Assembly: GCF_023055435.1 (NCBI RefSeq)
Contig: NW_025963913.1
Span: 5,642,001 to 5,706,000, forward strand
DNA: 64,000 bases
From: Haliotis rufescens
Lineage: Eukaryota
Direction of reading: 5' to 3'
Shown one piece after another: positions 38,872 through 52,686 of this stretch. The first letter of the stretch is position 1. Every line of letters starts with the position of its first letter. The notes below the pieces were generated by a model. It saw only the letters and a list, made by a program, of their open reading frames with translations, was not told the DNA's origin and ran no database searches. The position numbers and the translations under genes are program-made.

Positions 38872-40670
38872 CACAGACACAATATGGAAGTATCCTGGCG
38901 TTCTTACACAAAGTTAAACATCAAAGAAAGACTGATCTGGATGATTCAAACACACATTGCCTTTAATGGGAACATGTTAAACTGTCTATTCTGGAAACGT
39001 TACGTGAAGAAACACTATGTGCGCACATATTTCGCCACAAAAACGTACGCGTGTTCCGGGAGGAGAGACCCCCATTAAACTGTCTAACCCCCTCTCTTCG
39101 GGTTATCTTCTTTTTAACTTTCGTCTCGGATATTCAGCGCCTTATGTTTATATTTCGCCTGTGGAAGAAACAAGGGACATATCCTCGTGGTCTGGTTTCT
39201 TTGTTTGATAAAGAAGAACTTGATCCCAGTATTATATTGTATATATGCATGTTCGCATTGCTGTGATAAATAAACCATCTTTTATACGGTATGTTATCTG
39301 TTTCTTAGACCTTTTGTTTGTCCCATTCAACAAGGACAAAATATAGTTTATTGTAGTGAATGTGATGAGTGATGTATGATGACACAATCGTCATGGCCAT
39401 CATTTTCAGTACGCTGCTTACACTCACTCCAATAAGAGGCACAATGCAGGTATTTCATAACATGAGGGGCGATCGGGTAGCCTAGTGGTTAAAGCGTTCG
39501 CTCGTCACGCCGAAGTCCCGGGTTCGATTCCCGACAAGGGTACAATGTGTGAACCCATTTCTGGTGTCCCCCGCCGTGAAATTGATGTAATATTGCTAAA
39601 GGCGGCGTAAAACCGCACTCGCGCACTCACTTCATAACATGATTTGAATGGACGACGACACATCACAACAAACAGCTTTGACACATTTTTGTCAGAAAAA
39701 CGAACAACCGTGGCGCTGTATCTAAAAGCTATACAAACCATTTCCCAAATTATTAGAAATCTCTGCCAAAAGTTCATTGTACGCTTCCGACTATGGCGTA
39801 GGAATATGTTTATGAATCACTATCAAATAGTGATGATACCAGGTAGCACCCGTCAGAAACACTAGCAATAACAAGTCAGTTGACCACCTGAAAATCACGG
39901 GAACATATATATGGTATAAGTCAAAATAAGGATTTTTTGACTTGGGTGAAATGTCCTCCACATGTCCACAAAGTTGGACAAGAGACGTATGAAAGAGCTT
40001 ACTCGGTTGGGAAAAGTTTTGAAAAGTTGTCGGGCAAGATAAACTCACCTTTTCATGAACACCTGGTATAATCCCTGTTTGATAGTGAGTTATATACACA
40101 TGCTCATGATATAGTCGGAATCGTACAATCGTCTCTGCTTTCAGGTGTTTGTCACTTTTACTGTACAGAAATATTTTAAAGGATATAAAAAAACGACATG
40201 GTAAAAGAATATCCAAAAATAATAATATTGATAAAGTAATAAATTTATTCTTATCATATACCGATCCCGTTCGCTAAATATGAATTTGAAGTTTGTGCTA
40301 ATACTGTGATATATCTATAGGTTGCTGCACGAGGATGGTGTCTAAACGCAAAAAGGATGTTAAATATCCATTTCAATATGATCAGACATCAAGGTCCAAG
40401 TGCTGGTATCTGTCCATATAATAGATAAAATTAGTTGGCTCTATAAATGAACACTGTGAGCCCCATCTTACACTCCATCCTCCACACCAACCCATCCACC
40501 CCACTGCATGATGCACGCATTTGTTCTTCGAGCCGATGTGTTGACCGTGTCATGATATTACATGTCCACAAATTAAAGACGGCTTAATGAAACAACTTAC
40601 AACTTTTCCCCAAATAAAGCCATGATCAAGAAAAGAGTATTGTTATCCTATTTTTCATTTGTCTCAAAAG

Positions 40671-40846
40671 AGTGAACTACGTTAATAACGAACACGCTTA
40701 TAACGAACTGAGGGATATAACGAACTTATTTTTAGTCCCGATCATTTGTTGTATATATGCTGTATGTATGCATATAACGAACTACGGTTATTCCGAACTA
40801 AAATTAGTGGTCCCCATCGAGTTCGTTATAACCGTAGTCTACTGTA
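40671..40846. mobile_element. MITE (Tc1/pogo-type termini)
   Basis: agtgaactacgttaataacgaac versus gttcgttataaccgtagtctactgta; internal repeated ataacgaac. Confidence 0.6.
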
Positions 40847-41416
40847 CTTTAACTCGCTCTCAGGTATGTTGAAGCGTACAATACAAGACTTTCCACTCGC
40901 AGTTATTTCATCTCACAAACCTTTCCAGATTTTTAGTATTGAACAAAGCAATAACAGATCAAGTATTAGTCTCGATTTTAGAAAATATATTATGGTCATT
41001 GCAACAAAGGTTCAACCATATCTATGAAATGACTGGAATACTGCAAAAACCCGAGGACAACCAAACTTGTAGTCACTGTATTTGTTCCTTTTGTCTGTGA
41101 CAAAAGACCACATTCGTCAGTTTTGGGAATGATANNNNNNNNNNNNNNNNNNNNNNNNNNNNNNNNNNNNNNNNNNNNNNNNNNNNNNNNNNNNNNNNNN
41201 NNNNNNNNNNNNNNNNNNNNNNNNNNNNNNNNNNNNNNNNNNNNNNNNNNNNNNNNNNNNNNNNNNNNNNNNNNNNNNNNNNNNNNNNNNNNNNNNNNNN
41301 NNNNNNNNNNNNNNNNNNNNNNNNNNNNNNNNNNNNNNNNNTTTTCTACATACACACCAAGGAGGTATGGACGTATTATACATTATATATACAATGATAT
41401 CCATATATTATTTATA

Positions 41417-42920
41417 TACTGATCCGCAAAAGAAACATCACCATGGATACATATATGAGAAACCTTATTTGTCCAAATACTGTAAACATACTTTGAGACA
41501 TATTAAAAAGATTAAACTTGGCAAAACTGATCATCAAAGTTGAAATTAAAGTGTCAAATGTTCTTAAAGTGAAACACAACACTAGTCTCTGAGAAAATGG
41601 CATCACAAGTCAGTATCTCATGTGTCCGCCATGTGCATTGATGACTGACGTGTAACATCGATACATGGAATGGATGAGGCGGTTGAAGAAGGCCATAGGC
41701 ACCTGAGCCAACACTCTGAAGAACGCCTGACGCAGTTCAGCTGCAGTTGTCGGCCTTGGTCGGACGTCATTCAGCCGTCTTTGAATCTCGTCCCACAGGT
41801 GTTCTATGGGATTTAAATCGGGACTGAGGGCAGGCCACTGCATGGTTCTGATGCCATTCTGCTGGAGGAAGCCTCTTGTTGCTCTCGCAGTGTGGACACG
41901 GGCGTTATCATGAGAAAACTCGTGATTGCGATGACGTGCCAAATGAGGTATGACGTGTGGTCTCAAGACTTGATCAATGTACCGAGCTGCTGTGACACCA
42001 TTGCCTCTCCCTGGACCGATGTTCTGGAAGACCACAGAGCCGACCCTTTGTGCAAGACCAATTCCACCCCACTAGTCTCTCTCAACAACACAAGCATCCG
42101 AATAACGTTCCCCACAGCGTCGCCAGACCCTCTCTCTCTCTGCCATCTGCTGTTGAGATACAGTACCGGCTCTCGTCTGAGAAGAGGACTCTTCTCCACT
42201 GCTGGTGGCGCCAATGCTGGTGCTGTGTTGTCCACTGAAGACGGTCCCGTCGATGACGTGGTGTCAGAATGGGTCCTCGGTGTGGCCTGTGACAGTCGAG
42301 GTGTCAATCGTCGACGCACGGTGTCCGCACTAATGAGCCGCTGGTGTGTCCCCATGGTCTGTCGAGAAGTTTCCGCAGCAGTAACAAAGCGATCTTGAAG
42401 ATGCAGTCGCACAATCTGACGATCCTGACTTCGGGTGGTGACCCTTGGTCTTCCACTACGTGGTCGGTCATCTGTAGGTTTGGTGGTCTGGCACCGTTTC
42501 TGGAGCATGTATATGGTCCTTACGTGGACTTGAAATGCATTGGCTACTTGCCGGGCGGTTTGTCCAGCTTGCAATCGTCCAAGGGCTTGGTGTTGCTGAT
42601 TTCTTGCCAATTTTGGCATGTGGTAGCAATTCAATAACGAATGAATGTTATCCGATCTGGGTGGATTTTTATAGGACAAAAAATGGGGGAACGCATGTGC
42701 ATTTCAACTCACGTGCATCGGTTACCATGGCCGTTGCCGTGATGCGTTTGGGCGATCGGTTTTATTGTCATCTGCTTTGTTTTGTTTTTATAAAATTTCA
42801 TTTTTCCGGACAAGGTAATGTTAAATTTTGAGAAACTTTGACAAAAAATACCCAGATATTTAAATGACAACATTTTATGCAATGTTACTTAGGGTGACGT
42901 TTTTTTTTTGCTGTTCAGTA
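41417..42920 (-). mobile_element. Near full-length Tc1 element (DD34E transposase, frameshifted) with TIRs and TA flanks
   Basis: TIRs tactgatccgcaaaagaaacatcacc / ggtgacgtttttttttttgctgttcagta. N-terminal MPKLAR...GRLQAG...RSGRPRVTT; D(NARVH)-34 aa-E in [15 protein letters not shown]. Confidence 0.92.
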
Positions 42921-43319
42921 TATATACGTGTGTGTAATTGTTTAAATGTACAAGCAAAGCCGGTTTTCATGGGTAATATTGGAAAGAACTGTAGGTTTTT
43001 GTAGTTGTACCCTGAAATAAACGAAGTCTGACTGAACTGAGAACACAACATAACCAGTGAACGGCTCTGTATACGAAGCTAAGAATTACTTTCGGTTTCA
43101 CTATAGATCGTATTCAATTCAATTCCAATGGCTGGAAAAAAGTTTGCCTAAACACGTGTGGTATTCAGGTATGACAGTGTTTGACCCTGTAGTTAGGTAG
43201 GTAGTATATGGTGTTTATCGCAGCACAGGTTGTCACACTTGGGTTTAGTGACGGTACCGTTTGGCCCGTAGCAGCAACCGCAGGAATTACTGTCTGTTAA
43301 GAAAGGCTACTATTACAAA

Positions 43320-44823
43320 ATGGCAGGAATTGATTTGGAAAACCGAGATCCAAACAACATCAACGACCATTTGAAGGTAACAATATTTATACTAATCCAT
43401 GATATTTGCGTATTCAATCCAGGTTTCTCTTATTCGAATCTCTTTCATCAAAAGAAAGTACAAGAGTTTATGAAAATTTGTCGCAAGCTTTTGCTGATCG
43501 TACATCTCCTTAGAATACTGTTTTAAGAAAGTTCATTTGTCACATTAAATTTACTCTGAATTATTTTTTTAATTAGGCCTTTTCTTTAAAAGCCAAGCAC
43601 AGCCAATCTGAGCATACATTTACACTAGGGGCCGGCAAGTTGATATTGGGAAGCTGGAATTCCTTTTTTTTTAAAACAAACCTTATATATTATATACATT
43701 TATATTATATTTTTCCTCAGTTTCATTAAAGAGCGTTAACTGAACTTATTCAGTGTTTAATACTATCAGTATTGAGCTTTAGGGGAGAAAAGGTAAAAAT
43801 TGTTGTACTTCAACTTTCAGAGGCAAGCAATGAAAAAAACAAAAATTTCAGTCGTCAATATGTCAATTTCATTTACGACTGCTGTGTACATAATCTGCTT
43901 GCGAGAAAATTTAAACGTTGAAGGAACAATGTTGGAGTCCGGGTGTTATTCGGGGGTAAGGGTGGTGGGTTGTGTGTGTGTGTGAATCATTCACTTGTCA
44001 TGTCAAGGAACATGGTTGCTCTCCGATATGGGTGTCACTCACTCACTCACTCACAGAGAGAAAGCGGGTGAGTTTGGTTTAACGCCGCTTTGAGGAGTAC
44101 TCCAGTTACATCCCTGCGTTTCATGATGCAGGTTCAGACGTTTACCACGTTAGTACGGGCATGGTGCTTACAAACCTAATAACATAATCGGGGCAAACCG
44201 GGATTCGAACTCATAATCACAGATTTGTGGGACCCAACTCTGTGCAGCAAACTGCATCGCATTAGACGACTGGATCCTCCGTGGCCCCCGATATTACTAT
44301 GAAGCGGATGTACATAGCAATAATATTTGTTACGATAAATGGTGTCGAATCATTGCTTAAACCTATATAATTTATCAATAAGAAACTAAAAACGTTTCCT
44401 TTGACTAAAATAAACTGTAAAATATAATTTACAAATGTAAAAAGTTCACATAACCTAATGCGTTCTAACTGACGTTTCCTATTTTACAACCCACAGGTCC
44501 AGTTTGAGGATGTTTTGGCTGAGCCCGAAGGTGCACACAGCATTGACTGCTGCTGGAAGTTTACCAACACTTGCTTCAACTGCGCCTTCAAATGCTGCTA
44601 CATGTTGATGACCCTGTGTGGACCTCTCTACGGTCTCTACTACGGTTGGAGTTACGCCATGCTTGCCTGTGCTCACATTTGGCAGTACACACCACAGATC
44701 AAAGCTTGCGAAATCAACTGCACCATGATGAGGAAAGTGTACACCATCTGCCTCAACTGCTGCCTGACGCCTTTCTGCGAGTCCTGCGGTGCCTTCTTCA
44801 GCAGGATACAAGTCAAGCAATAA
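43320..44823 (+). CDS. Caveolin-like gene unit 9 (B), 127 aa; exons 43320-43376 + 44497-44823
   Basis: Exon 1 MAGIDLENRDPNNINDHLK|GTAACA; CAG acceptor; intact exon 2. AATAAA at 45168. Confidence 0.95.
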
Positions 44824-46427
44824 CTCTCAGATAATCCCATGGCGCTCTTCAACAATGCAAAGCATCTCACACACATTTCAAATATCGTGCATTGTCATGT
44901 TCTGATATGGAGCACAACCTTCATGTGTGGCTGTAAATTAGGAACTGAAACTCGAAGAACATCCGTTTAGTTGTCTAACTACAAAGTATTTCGGTATTTG
45001 TTTCGGCTTGGAGATTAAGGACCCTGAGTTTATATTTCTCCTGTTGAAGAAAGAAAGGACAAATTTTTAGTGCCTAAATGTTTCCATTTGTGCCATGATC
45101 AGGATCAAAACAATCAGTGCACAATATAATATTGTACATATCTATGTTCTCAGTTGTTTCTGTAATCAATAAACCGTTTTTATTAACTTAATGCAATTCC
45201 TTGTTTGTCGTGGATTTCTGCTTTATTTGTGGGGATGCTCAAATTGACTTTTACTTGAAAGTTGCAACATCGATCACTGTTACATGCTACTGAGACAGCT
45301 CTTTCTTTTTTCGAAAACCTAGTCTGAGTTTGTCTCTCACTTGCAAACTTGCTCGGCATTTTGGCCTCTCCAAAACAACTTGCCTGATTTTGAACTGAAT
45401 TTTGTGTTTACATTTGTTCTGACTTTAAGTAAGGTTCATGGCATCATTAGCTCAGTTTTCAGTGTTTTCATCCGGCTATTACCTGACTGCAATCTGGCTG
45501 CTATCAGGCTCTTACGTCCTTTTTATCTGGGCGATATCCATCTGCAATGGGGCTGCTAGCCAGCTGCTAGCAAGCTGCCATCGAGATGGTGTGTGTAATG
45601 TCCGGCACTCAACAAACTATGTGCAGAATACAGAGGGAACACCCATTACCTACTTTATGTCTAAAGAAACAATTTGTGGATGCAACCCGATATTTGGCAC
45701 TCCAGACTATAACACTTTATTCGTAGTTTGTTAACATGACCCATTTCTACTGGACACAGATGACACATAATTTGCCAAAGTTGTAAAGAGTTCACATAAT
45801 GTATTCCGTCAATGCAGTTGTGGTTGAGCGGCAGGTGTAAGCCTGAAATGTTATGACTTTGTGGGTGAGCTCCACTTTAAACAATAGTTCACTCACATCA
45901 TGGCGTGTCAGGGAATAGTGGGGCTAAACCCAAGTGATGCTGGTCGGTTAGCACTTTTGTGAAACCCACTAGCATGCGCATACTAGGGTTCGAACCCACG
46001 ACCATATTTTTCTGGTAGCCTAAGAGATGTAACTGCACAGCGAATTATGGCGCCTTAGACGACTGGGCAACACATGCTTCCTGAAAAGATATTAAAAAGT
46101 TGAAAACACAATGGCTCACGCAAGAGTGATCAGCAGTTGAATGCGCGGAATAAATGTCTTTATGCACAGGTTAAGAATAGCCCCGTCTTTGTTATATCTA
46201 CAGTCATAAAGGATTTACCTTTGGAGACAATTGATGTTTTTTTGTCACCACGTGACTAATCTTGGCCAATAGAAAACATGACTGACACTCGCTGATATAA
46301 TGACAGTGTCTGGTGATGTTGTTAAGTAAACGAACCTGTCGTTATGTACACATATACAAAATGTACGTTTTAACACACCTATGACACTTTACTTTTGTGA
46401 CTGTGCCGGTTGTATCCTGTTGAAAAA

Positions 46428-48015
46428 ATGGCCGAACTTGATTTGGAAAACCGAGATCCTAACAACATCAACGACCATCTGAAGGTAATCTTGTTATAAG
46501 CATAAGTAAGTTTAAGTGAAAAATGCTTTCTTGAATATTTTTGAAGAATAGAAGAGAATATAGTAAAAGAAAACAGAATCCGCACTAAACTCGCTGCAGT
46601 TAACAGAGACTGAACAGTGGAACTGCGTCTGTCACATTCATTGCTTAATTGTTAATTAGGTCCTTTCTTTCAAAAGCAGGTACATTATAGAATAACTGAC
46701 AATTTTAAATTCGACATATCTTGTATGAAATATATTTAACGCTTCTCTTTCCCATTGTTTTTTGGGGGTACGCAAACCCCATTCTTTGCTAAGATTGCTT
46801 GTATAAATACTGGATTAGAAATAGAACTCCAGTATCGTGATGGTCGTTGAACATTTTCAGTGTCAAGGCGGGTGGTAGGGAAAGGAAAGGACATGCTCCC
46901 CCGTTTGTTAAACACCTCGCATAATCATTGCATTATTCAATGATTTGAAAGTGTAGGTGTCTGTGAATGTGTAGCTGCAATCATTGTTTAAGGTGTTTCT
47001 TGTCATGTGACAGAGATACTGGTAGGAATATGTCTGAGGCTCGGATGTTTTAACATAGACTTGTCAGCAAAAGATCGGGTTGAAGTGGCCTCCGTGCGTG
47101 GGTAGGCGTTGATATCCGATAAGTGGCGATAAGTTCAAATGTTTGCTCCTCACATCCCGTCTGTGGCTCTTTTAATTATAAATAATTTTGAAAAGGTGTC
47201 ACTATTGATCAGCTAGTGTATTCATACCAATAACGTGTAATAATTAAGTGTCTTCCATTATGCATCAGCGAATATAAGCTTGAATGATTCTTTACATAAA
47301 AATAATGTATTATAGATAAAATCATGTCATTTGCAATAATGGTTTTAACATTGTTTTTGTAAAACGTTGTCTACTTGATATCAATCGATTGAGGATGTTT
47401 TGGCTGAGGCTGAAGGTGGCGACTGGGTTCAAGTTGTCGCCCTCATTGTCCAATATGTGTCTCCTTCAATGACCAAACAGTTTGTAAATATGTCAGTATT
47501 GAATATCATCGAGTCTTCGTTACAAATAAGTGTGTTTCAAATATCTAAATGTGTTTTCACAGGACATGGGGAAATATAAATACTAATTTGTCTTCACATA
47601 CAATGAAAATAAGCAATAAACGGTGATATATTTTGCATGAATGTTGACAACTGTCGAAGTGTCAAATGTTTCAACTTAATATCATTAGGTCCAGTTTGAG
47701 GATGTCTTGGCTGAGCCCGAAGGTGCACACAGCATTGACTGCTGCTGGAAGTTTACCAACACTTGCTTCAACTGCTCCTTCAAATGCTGCTACATGTTGA
47801 TGACCCTGTGTGGACCTCTCTACGGCCTCTACTACGGCTGCAGTTACGCCATGCTTGCCTGTTCTCACATTTGGCAGTACACACCACAGATCAAAGCATG
47901 TGAGATCAACTGCATCATGATGCGGAAAATATACACCATCTGCCTCAACTGCTGCCTGACGCCATGCTGCGAGTCCTGCGGTGCCGTCTTCAGCAGGATA
48001 CAAGTCAAACAATAA
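46428..48015 (+). CDS. Caveolin-like gene unit 10 (B), 127 aa; exons 46428-46484 + 47689-48015
   Basis: Exon 1 MAELDLENRDPNNINDHLK|GTAATC; TAG acceptor (atcattAG); intact exon 2. AATAAA at 48452. Confidence 0.94.
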
Positions 48016-49189
48016 AAAAGACACAATCTGGAAGTATCCTGGTGTTCTTACACCAAGTAAAACCTCAGCGTAAGACTGATCTGGATGACTCAAGCACACA
48101 CTGACACAATCTTGACTGACACAATCTTGGCCTCCCAGGCGCGCTTGTACTATATAAAGCATTAACGTAAAAATGATATGGGGGAACCTAATACACATTT
48201 TACATGTCGTCTATACGCGAAATGTGTAAGATGCTGAAATGTTCTGGCGCCCATTTCAACCTACATATGTTACATAAAGTAGGAAGACAAATACATCCGC
48301 TCAGTTGTCCAACCAAAGAGGGGAAACTCTGTCATTATATTTCAACTGTTATAATGAAAAGACACCGCCGCGTCCTTATAATTACAAGAATTTGACGTAA
48401 ACAAAATGTGTGTTAAATTGAACAAATTCATATAACCACAATCCTCTGATCAATAAAACGCCCTTCATATGCTTGTTACATTTTTGTGTGTTATGGAATT
48501 ATGACTTTATTTGTGAGGAGACATGACAAAATATTTGGAAGTGACACCATGATACATAACAATTACACGTCACTGTCAAGTTACTATCTATTCACTTTAT
48601 CGAGAGCATATACTGGTGAAAAGCTTTATGTGATGTCTGTGTGAATCTGATACAAAATTGTTTAAACATGAGATACATGTTCATGTATGGACACAATCTG
48701 TTTACAGTGTGCCCTGCAAGACATACACCTTGTTTTTCACTGGGTACGCACACCGCATTATTTTTTCAGATTAACCACAATGCCGGGTGAACGATCGTAT
48801 TTGTATAACCTGAGAACAAAATTATTTTCGGATCATATTATTTTTTACGCTTTTCCCTTTTACTGCTATTAGGTTACTTTGACCCAAACATGTGTGACTG
48901 AACTGAAATGAACTGAACCTTTAACTGAACAGCGAGCCTGGCCACCTGGTGCCGTTAATCGCCTCTTACGACAAGCATAGTCACCTTTTAGGGCAGGCAT
49001 GGCTTGGTAAGACCGGATCTAACCCTGATCTTTATGGGTCACTTCATTACTACTTGCAGACAATTACATGACACAATACAATGTTCGTCGACGATAACAC
49101 ATAACACCAAACTGATTGCCCACGGAAAGACCATGTACAAAGAATGACATCTTCCACAGAGGTTCGTTACATGACTGTCATCACCCAGA

Positions 49190-49930
49190 TCTAGAGAAAC
49201 GTGTTCACCCCGGCAACATATATCTCCATTGACACCTCCACATGGAGAAGGTAAAATGATTTTAAAAAACCCAAACGGTTTACTGATCCCCATGCAGACT
49301 AGGTGAGGCCCCAGTGTCGGTACAATACATTCCATTGTGTGTACACCATCAACAGTGAAATGTCCTCTTCACAGATGAGTCCACTTATTGTATAGACTGC
49401 ACAAAAGACAAGGACTGTATGTAATCTAACTGGACCATTCCCATACATTATACTTCTGGAGGTGGCATGTTTATGGTGTTGGGTGACATTCAGGTTAGCA
49501 TTCGAAACCAGTCTTGTAATCAACAGACAGGTGCGATGACTGGTGTATGTTACCAGAAGGAGCTAAATACACATGCTACCTTCTCCTCTAGAAAAAAAGG
49601 TGGTCACAACACAAGGACCAAGGTTAATAACTAAATCAGTCTGTGATACCAACACTGGATTAGCGCATCCTGACACAGAAAAGAGGCACAACTTTGTAAA
49701 AAGAAGTGTGGCGCCTTAATTCCCTGGACCAAATGTGTCCCCACGTGTATTGGAGTCAAGCATTACGATTCCAAAACTCAGCAGGTCCATCCATGTTCTT
49801 CAGAATGTGGAGGGAAATGGTGGTGGTAGGTAATACACAACAGGCGAGCCCTTATCACATGAAATATACTGTTCGTATAACAGTTACGCTAGAGGATATT
49901 CATAGCCATCAAGTCTCTGAAATTGATCTT
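49190..49930 (+). mobile_element. Highly decayed Tc1-like relic
   Basis: tctggaggtggcatgtttatggtgttgggtgacatt resembles the GGGxxMVWGxI motif. Confidence 0.4.
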
Positions 49931-50531
49931 TCCATCAACTAATATTATGTATAAATATCTACACACTATGAGACTAAGGGTAACATATAAGGGAACAGCT
50001 ATTATTGGACTCCGGTGTATTTAGTTTTGCAGGCACCTAGCTGATACAAGGAGAATATCGGCAATGTCATAATGATAAACACTTCATATACGGGGGTAGA
50101 TCGACATGAACGCAAACTGAATGACTAAATTTTAAAGGTTATGCAACACAATGGCTCACACACGAGTCGTCAGAAAACATGCAGATCAATGAAAAGTGCG
50201 AGTACAAATGTAAAGGAGGCTCTGAATACCCACCTTCTTACTATAGGCACAATTGTAAGGATTCCAATGTCTGTAAAGGTGTGTAAAGACGAGACACTGC
50301 AAAGAACCACGTGACTAACTTGAACCAACAGAAGGCGGACGTCATTGAAAATATTCTGAAAGATTAATTACCAAGTATGGCCATGTACTTATGTAGACAA
50401 TCCCGTAGTTACGTAAACATATACACAAGTGTTGTAACACCCCTTGCACAACTGTATGGTTGGAACCGTACCAGGAAAGTAGTAGAATCCGTTACTGCAA
50501 TTCACTGTTTCAAAAAGCGTACTTTTGAAAA

Positions 50532-51809
50532 ATGGCCGAACTTGATCTGGAAAACCGAGATCCTAACAACATCAATGACCACTTAAAGGTAAGCTTATAT
50601 ATTTCCATACATTCATGCTAGTGTATTTAAATGAATCAGGGTTTCTCCGTCATCAATAGAGAAAGGAATATGAAGTCGATGGAAAACAAACCGTACATTT
50701 GACATTAATGGACTGATGTATGTCAAGGAATACTCTGCATCGGATCTTTATACCCCAAATATAATCTTCAATGAAAGAATCTGTTAAAGCATTTATTTCT
50801 ATCGAACAGATAGATGTGTGCCCGAGTGACTCTATTTGTATTGTGTAAGCGGTTTATGGAATAATGTTGTCATCTTTTCCCTTCCCAAAGTTATGATAAT
50901 ATTTACGGAGTAAGTTTAATCCATGTAATATGTGCTTGACGATGTCCTAAATTAGAAATGCATAAGCATCAATACTGGTCTCACTTGAATAATTGTGTGG
51001 GTTTTAATTACGTTTTCTGTTACTGGATTGGGCAAAACTTCTAGTGAATTCTTTTTCCACTCGCGACCAGTGGTATGCTACGAGGAAAGGGCATGTTCAG
51101 TCGTTTGTCAGTCACCTTGTGTGATCATGATCGTTATGGCTTAGTTGAAGGTTGTGTGACTTCCATTTTGTAGAATGGTGTCTCTTCGTGTGACAGTACT
51201 AGGGTAGGAATAAGCAGTTGATGATATAATTTACACCTAGGTGAATATCCTTTTCAGTGGGATTGGTAGCCCATGGGTTAAAGTGGTCGCTCGCCATGTT
51301 CAAAGTGTGTCTCTTTCAATTACAAAACATTTCGCAAACGTGCCATTATTGATGTTCAATAGGTTTTCGTTACAAATACGTGTGTTTCAAATATCTTAAT
51401 GCGTAAGTAATAAACGGTAATATATTTTGCAATAATGTTGACAACTGTTAAAGTGTCAAATGTTTCAACTTAATATCATTAGGTCCAGTTTGAGGATGTC
51501 TTGGCTGAGCCCGAAGGTGCACACAGCATTGACTGCTGCTGGAAGTTTACCAACACTTGCTTCAACTGCTCCTTCAAATGCTGCTACATGTTGATGACCC
51601 TGTGTGGACCTCTCTACGGTCTCTACTACGGTTGGAGTTACGCCATGCTTGCCTGTGATCACATTTGGCAGTACACACCACAGATCAAAGCCTGTGAGAT
51701 CAACTGCATCATGATGAGGAAAATATACACCATCTGCCTCAACTGCTGCCTGACGCCATTCTGCGAGTCTTGTGGTGCCTTCTTCAGTAGGATACAAGTC
51801 AAACAGTAA
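50532..51809 (+). CDS. Caveolin-like gene unit 11 (B), 127 aa; exons 50532-50588 + 51483-51809
   Basis: Exon 1 MAELDLENRDPNNINDHLK|GTAAGC; TAG acceptor; intact exon 2. AATAAA at 52219. Confidence 0.94.
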
Positions 51810-52484
51810 CACAGAGACAAGCTTGATCTCTCCGTATCTTCTTTTACAAAGTAAATCAATATTGTAGAGTACTCTTGATGAATCTGAAACTTTATTTCAA
51901 GGTCAACACATTGTCTTTTCTTGAGATGTATTGGATATAAAGTACCAAGTGCGAATATGTTTCATGTTAGGCACAGTGTTAAGTGAAATTTCCATTTGCA
52001 TCGCTCGAATTCCAATCGGCCAGTTATCTAAACATTTCTATGTTAGTATTTCTGTCGCATTTTCTGCATGGAGATTAAGGATCCTGTGTTTGTTTCGCCC
52101 ATCGAAGAAGGAAAGAACACACATAATGTGCTCTCATTTCTTCGTTTTTGTGCAGGAGTTTGATCTCAATATACTGTATGTACTAGGGGAAAACAGAATC
52201 ATCACTTTATTGTGCTACAATAAATTATCTATTACACACATCTTCGTTTGTTAAAATATGTTTCTTAACGTCTCCTACCCCAAAATATATACTTCCTAGA
52301 ATGTAGATATCGTTGAGGTGTACGTTTACAATACCGTGGTGTTGCATCTGAATGCAACATCTGTTCACGATGCAATTTCACATCATGCATGAATAGCACG
52401 TGATGGACCTATAGGTGAGGTGAAATGGGGTTTAATGACGCGCCCAAGATGATTTCACTTGTATAGCCAAATGCATGCACGAGT

Positions 52485-52577
52485 TTGTGTGTTAGTGTTA
52501 GTGTGTTAGTGTTAGTGTTAGTGTATGTGTTAGTGTGTGTGTTAGTGTGTTAGTGTTAGTGTGTTAGTGTGTTAGTG

Positions 52578-52660
<83 letters not shown>
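52485..52660. repeat. (TTAGTG)n grading into (GT)n microsatellite
   Basis: Directly visible. Confidence 0.92.
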
Positions 52661-52663
<3 letters not shown>

Positions 52664-52686
52664 AGTCCGGACTAATGCCGATTTAA

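Noticed and set aside
41610-42679. Active Tc1 transposase
   Set aside because: Split across frames by indels and an internal deletion.
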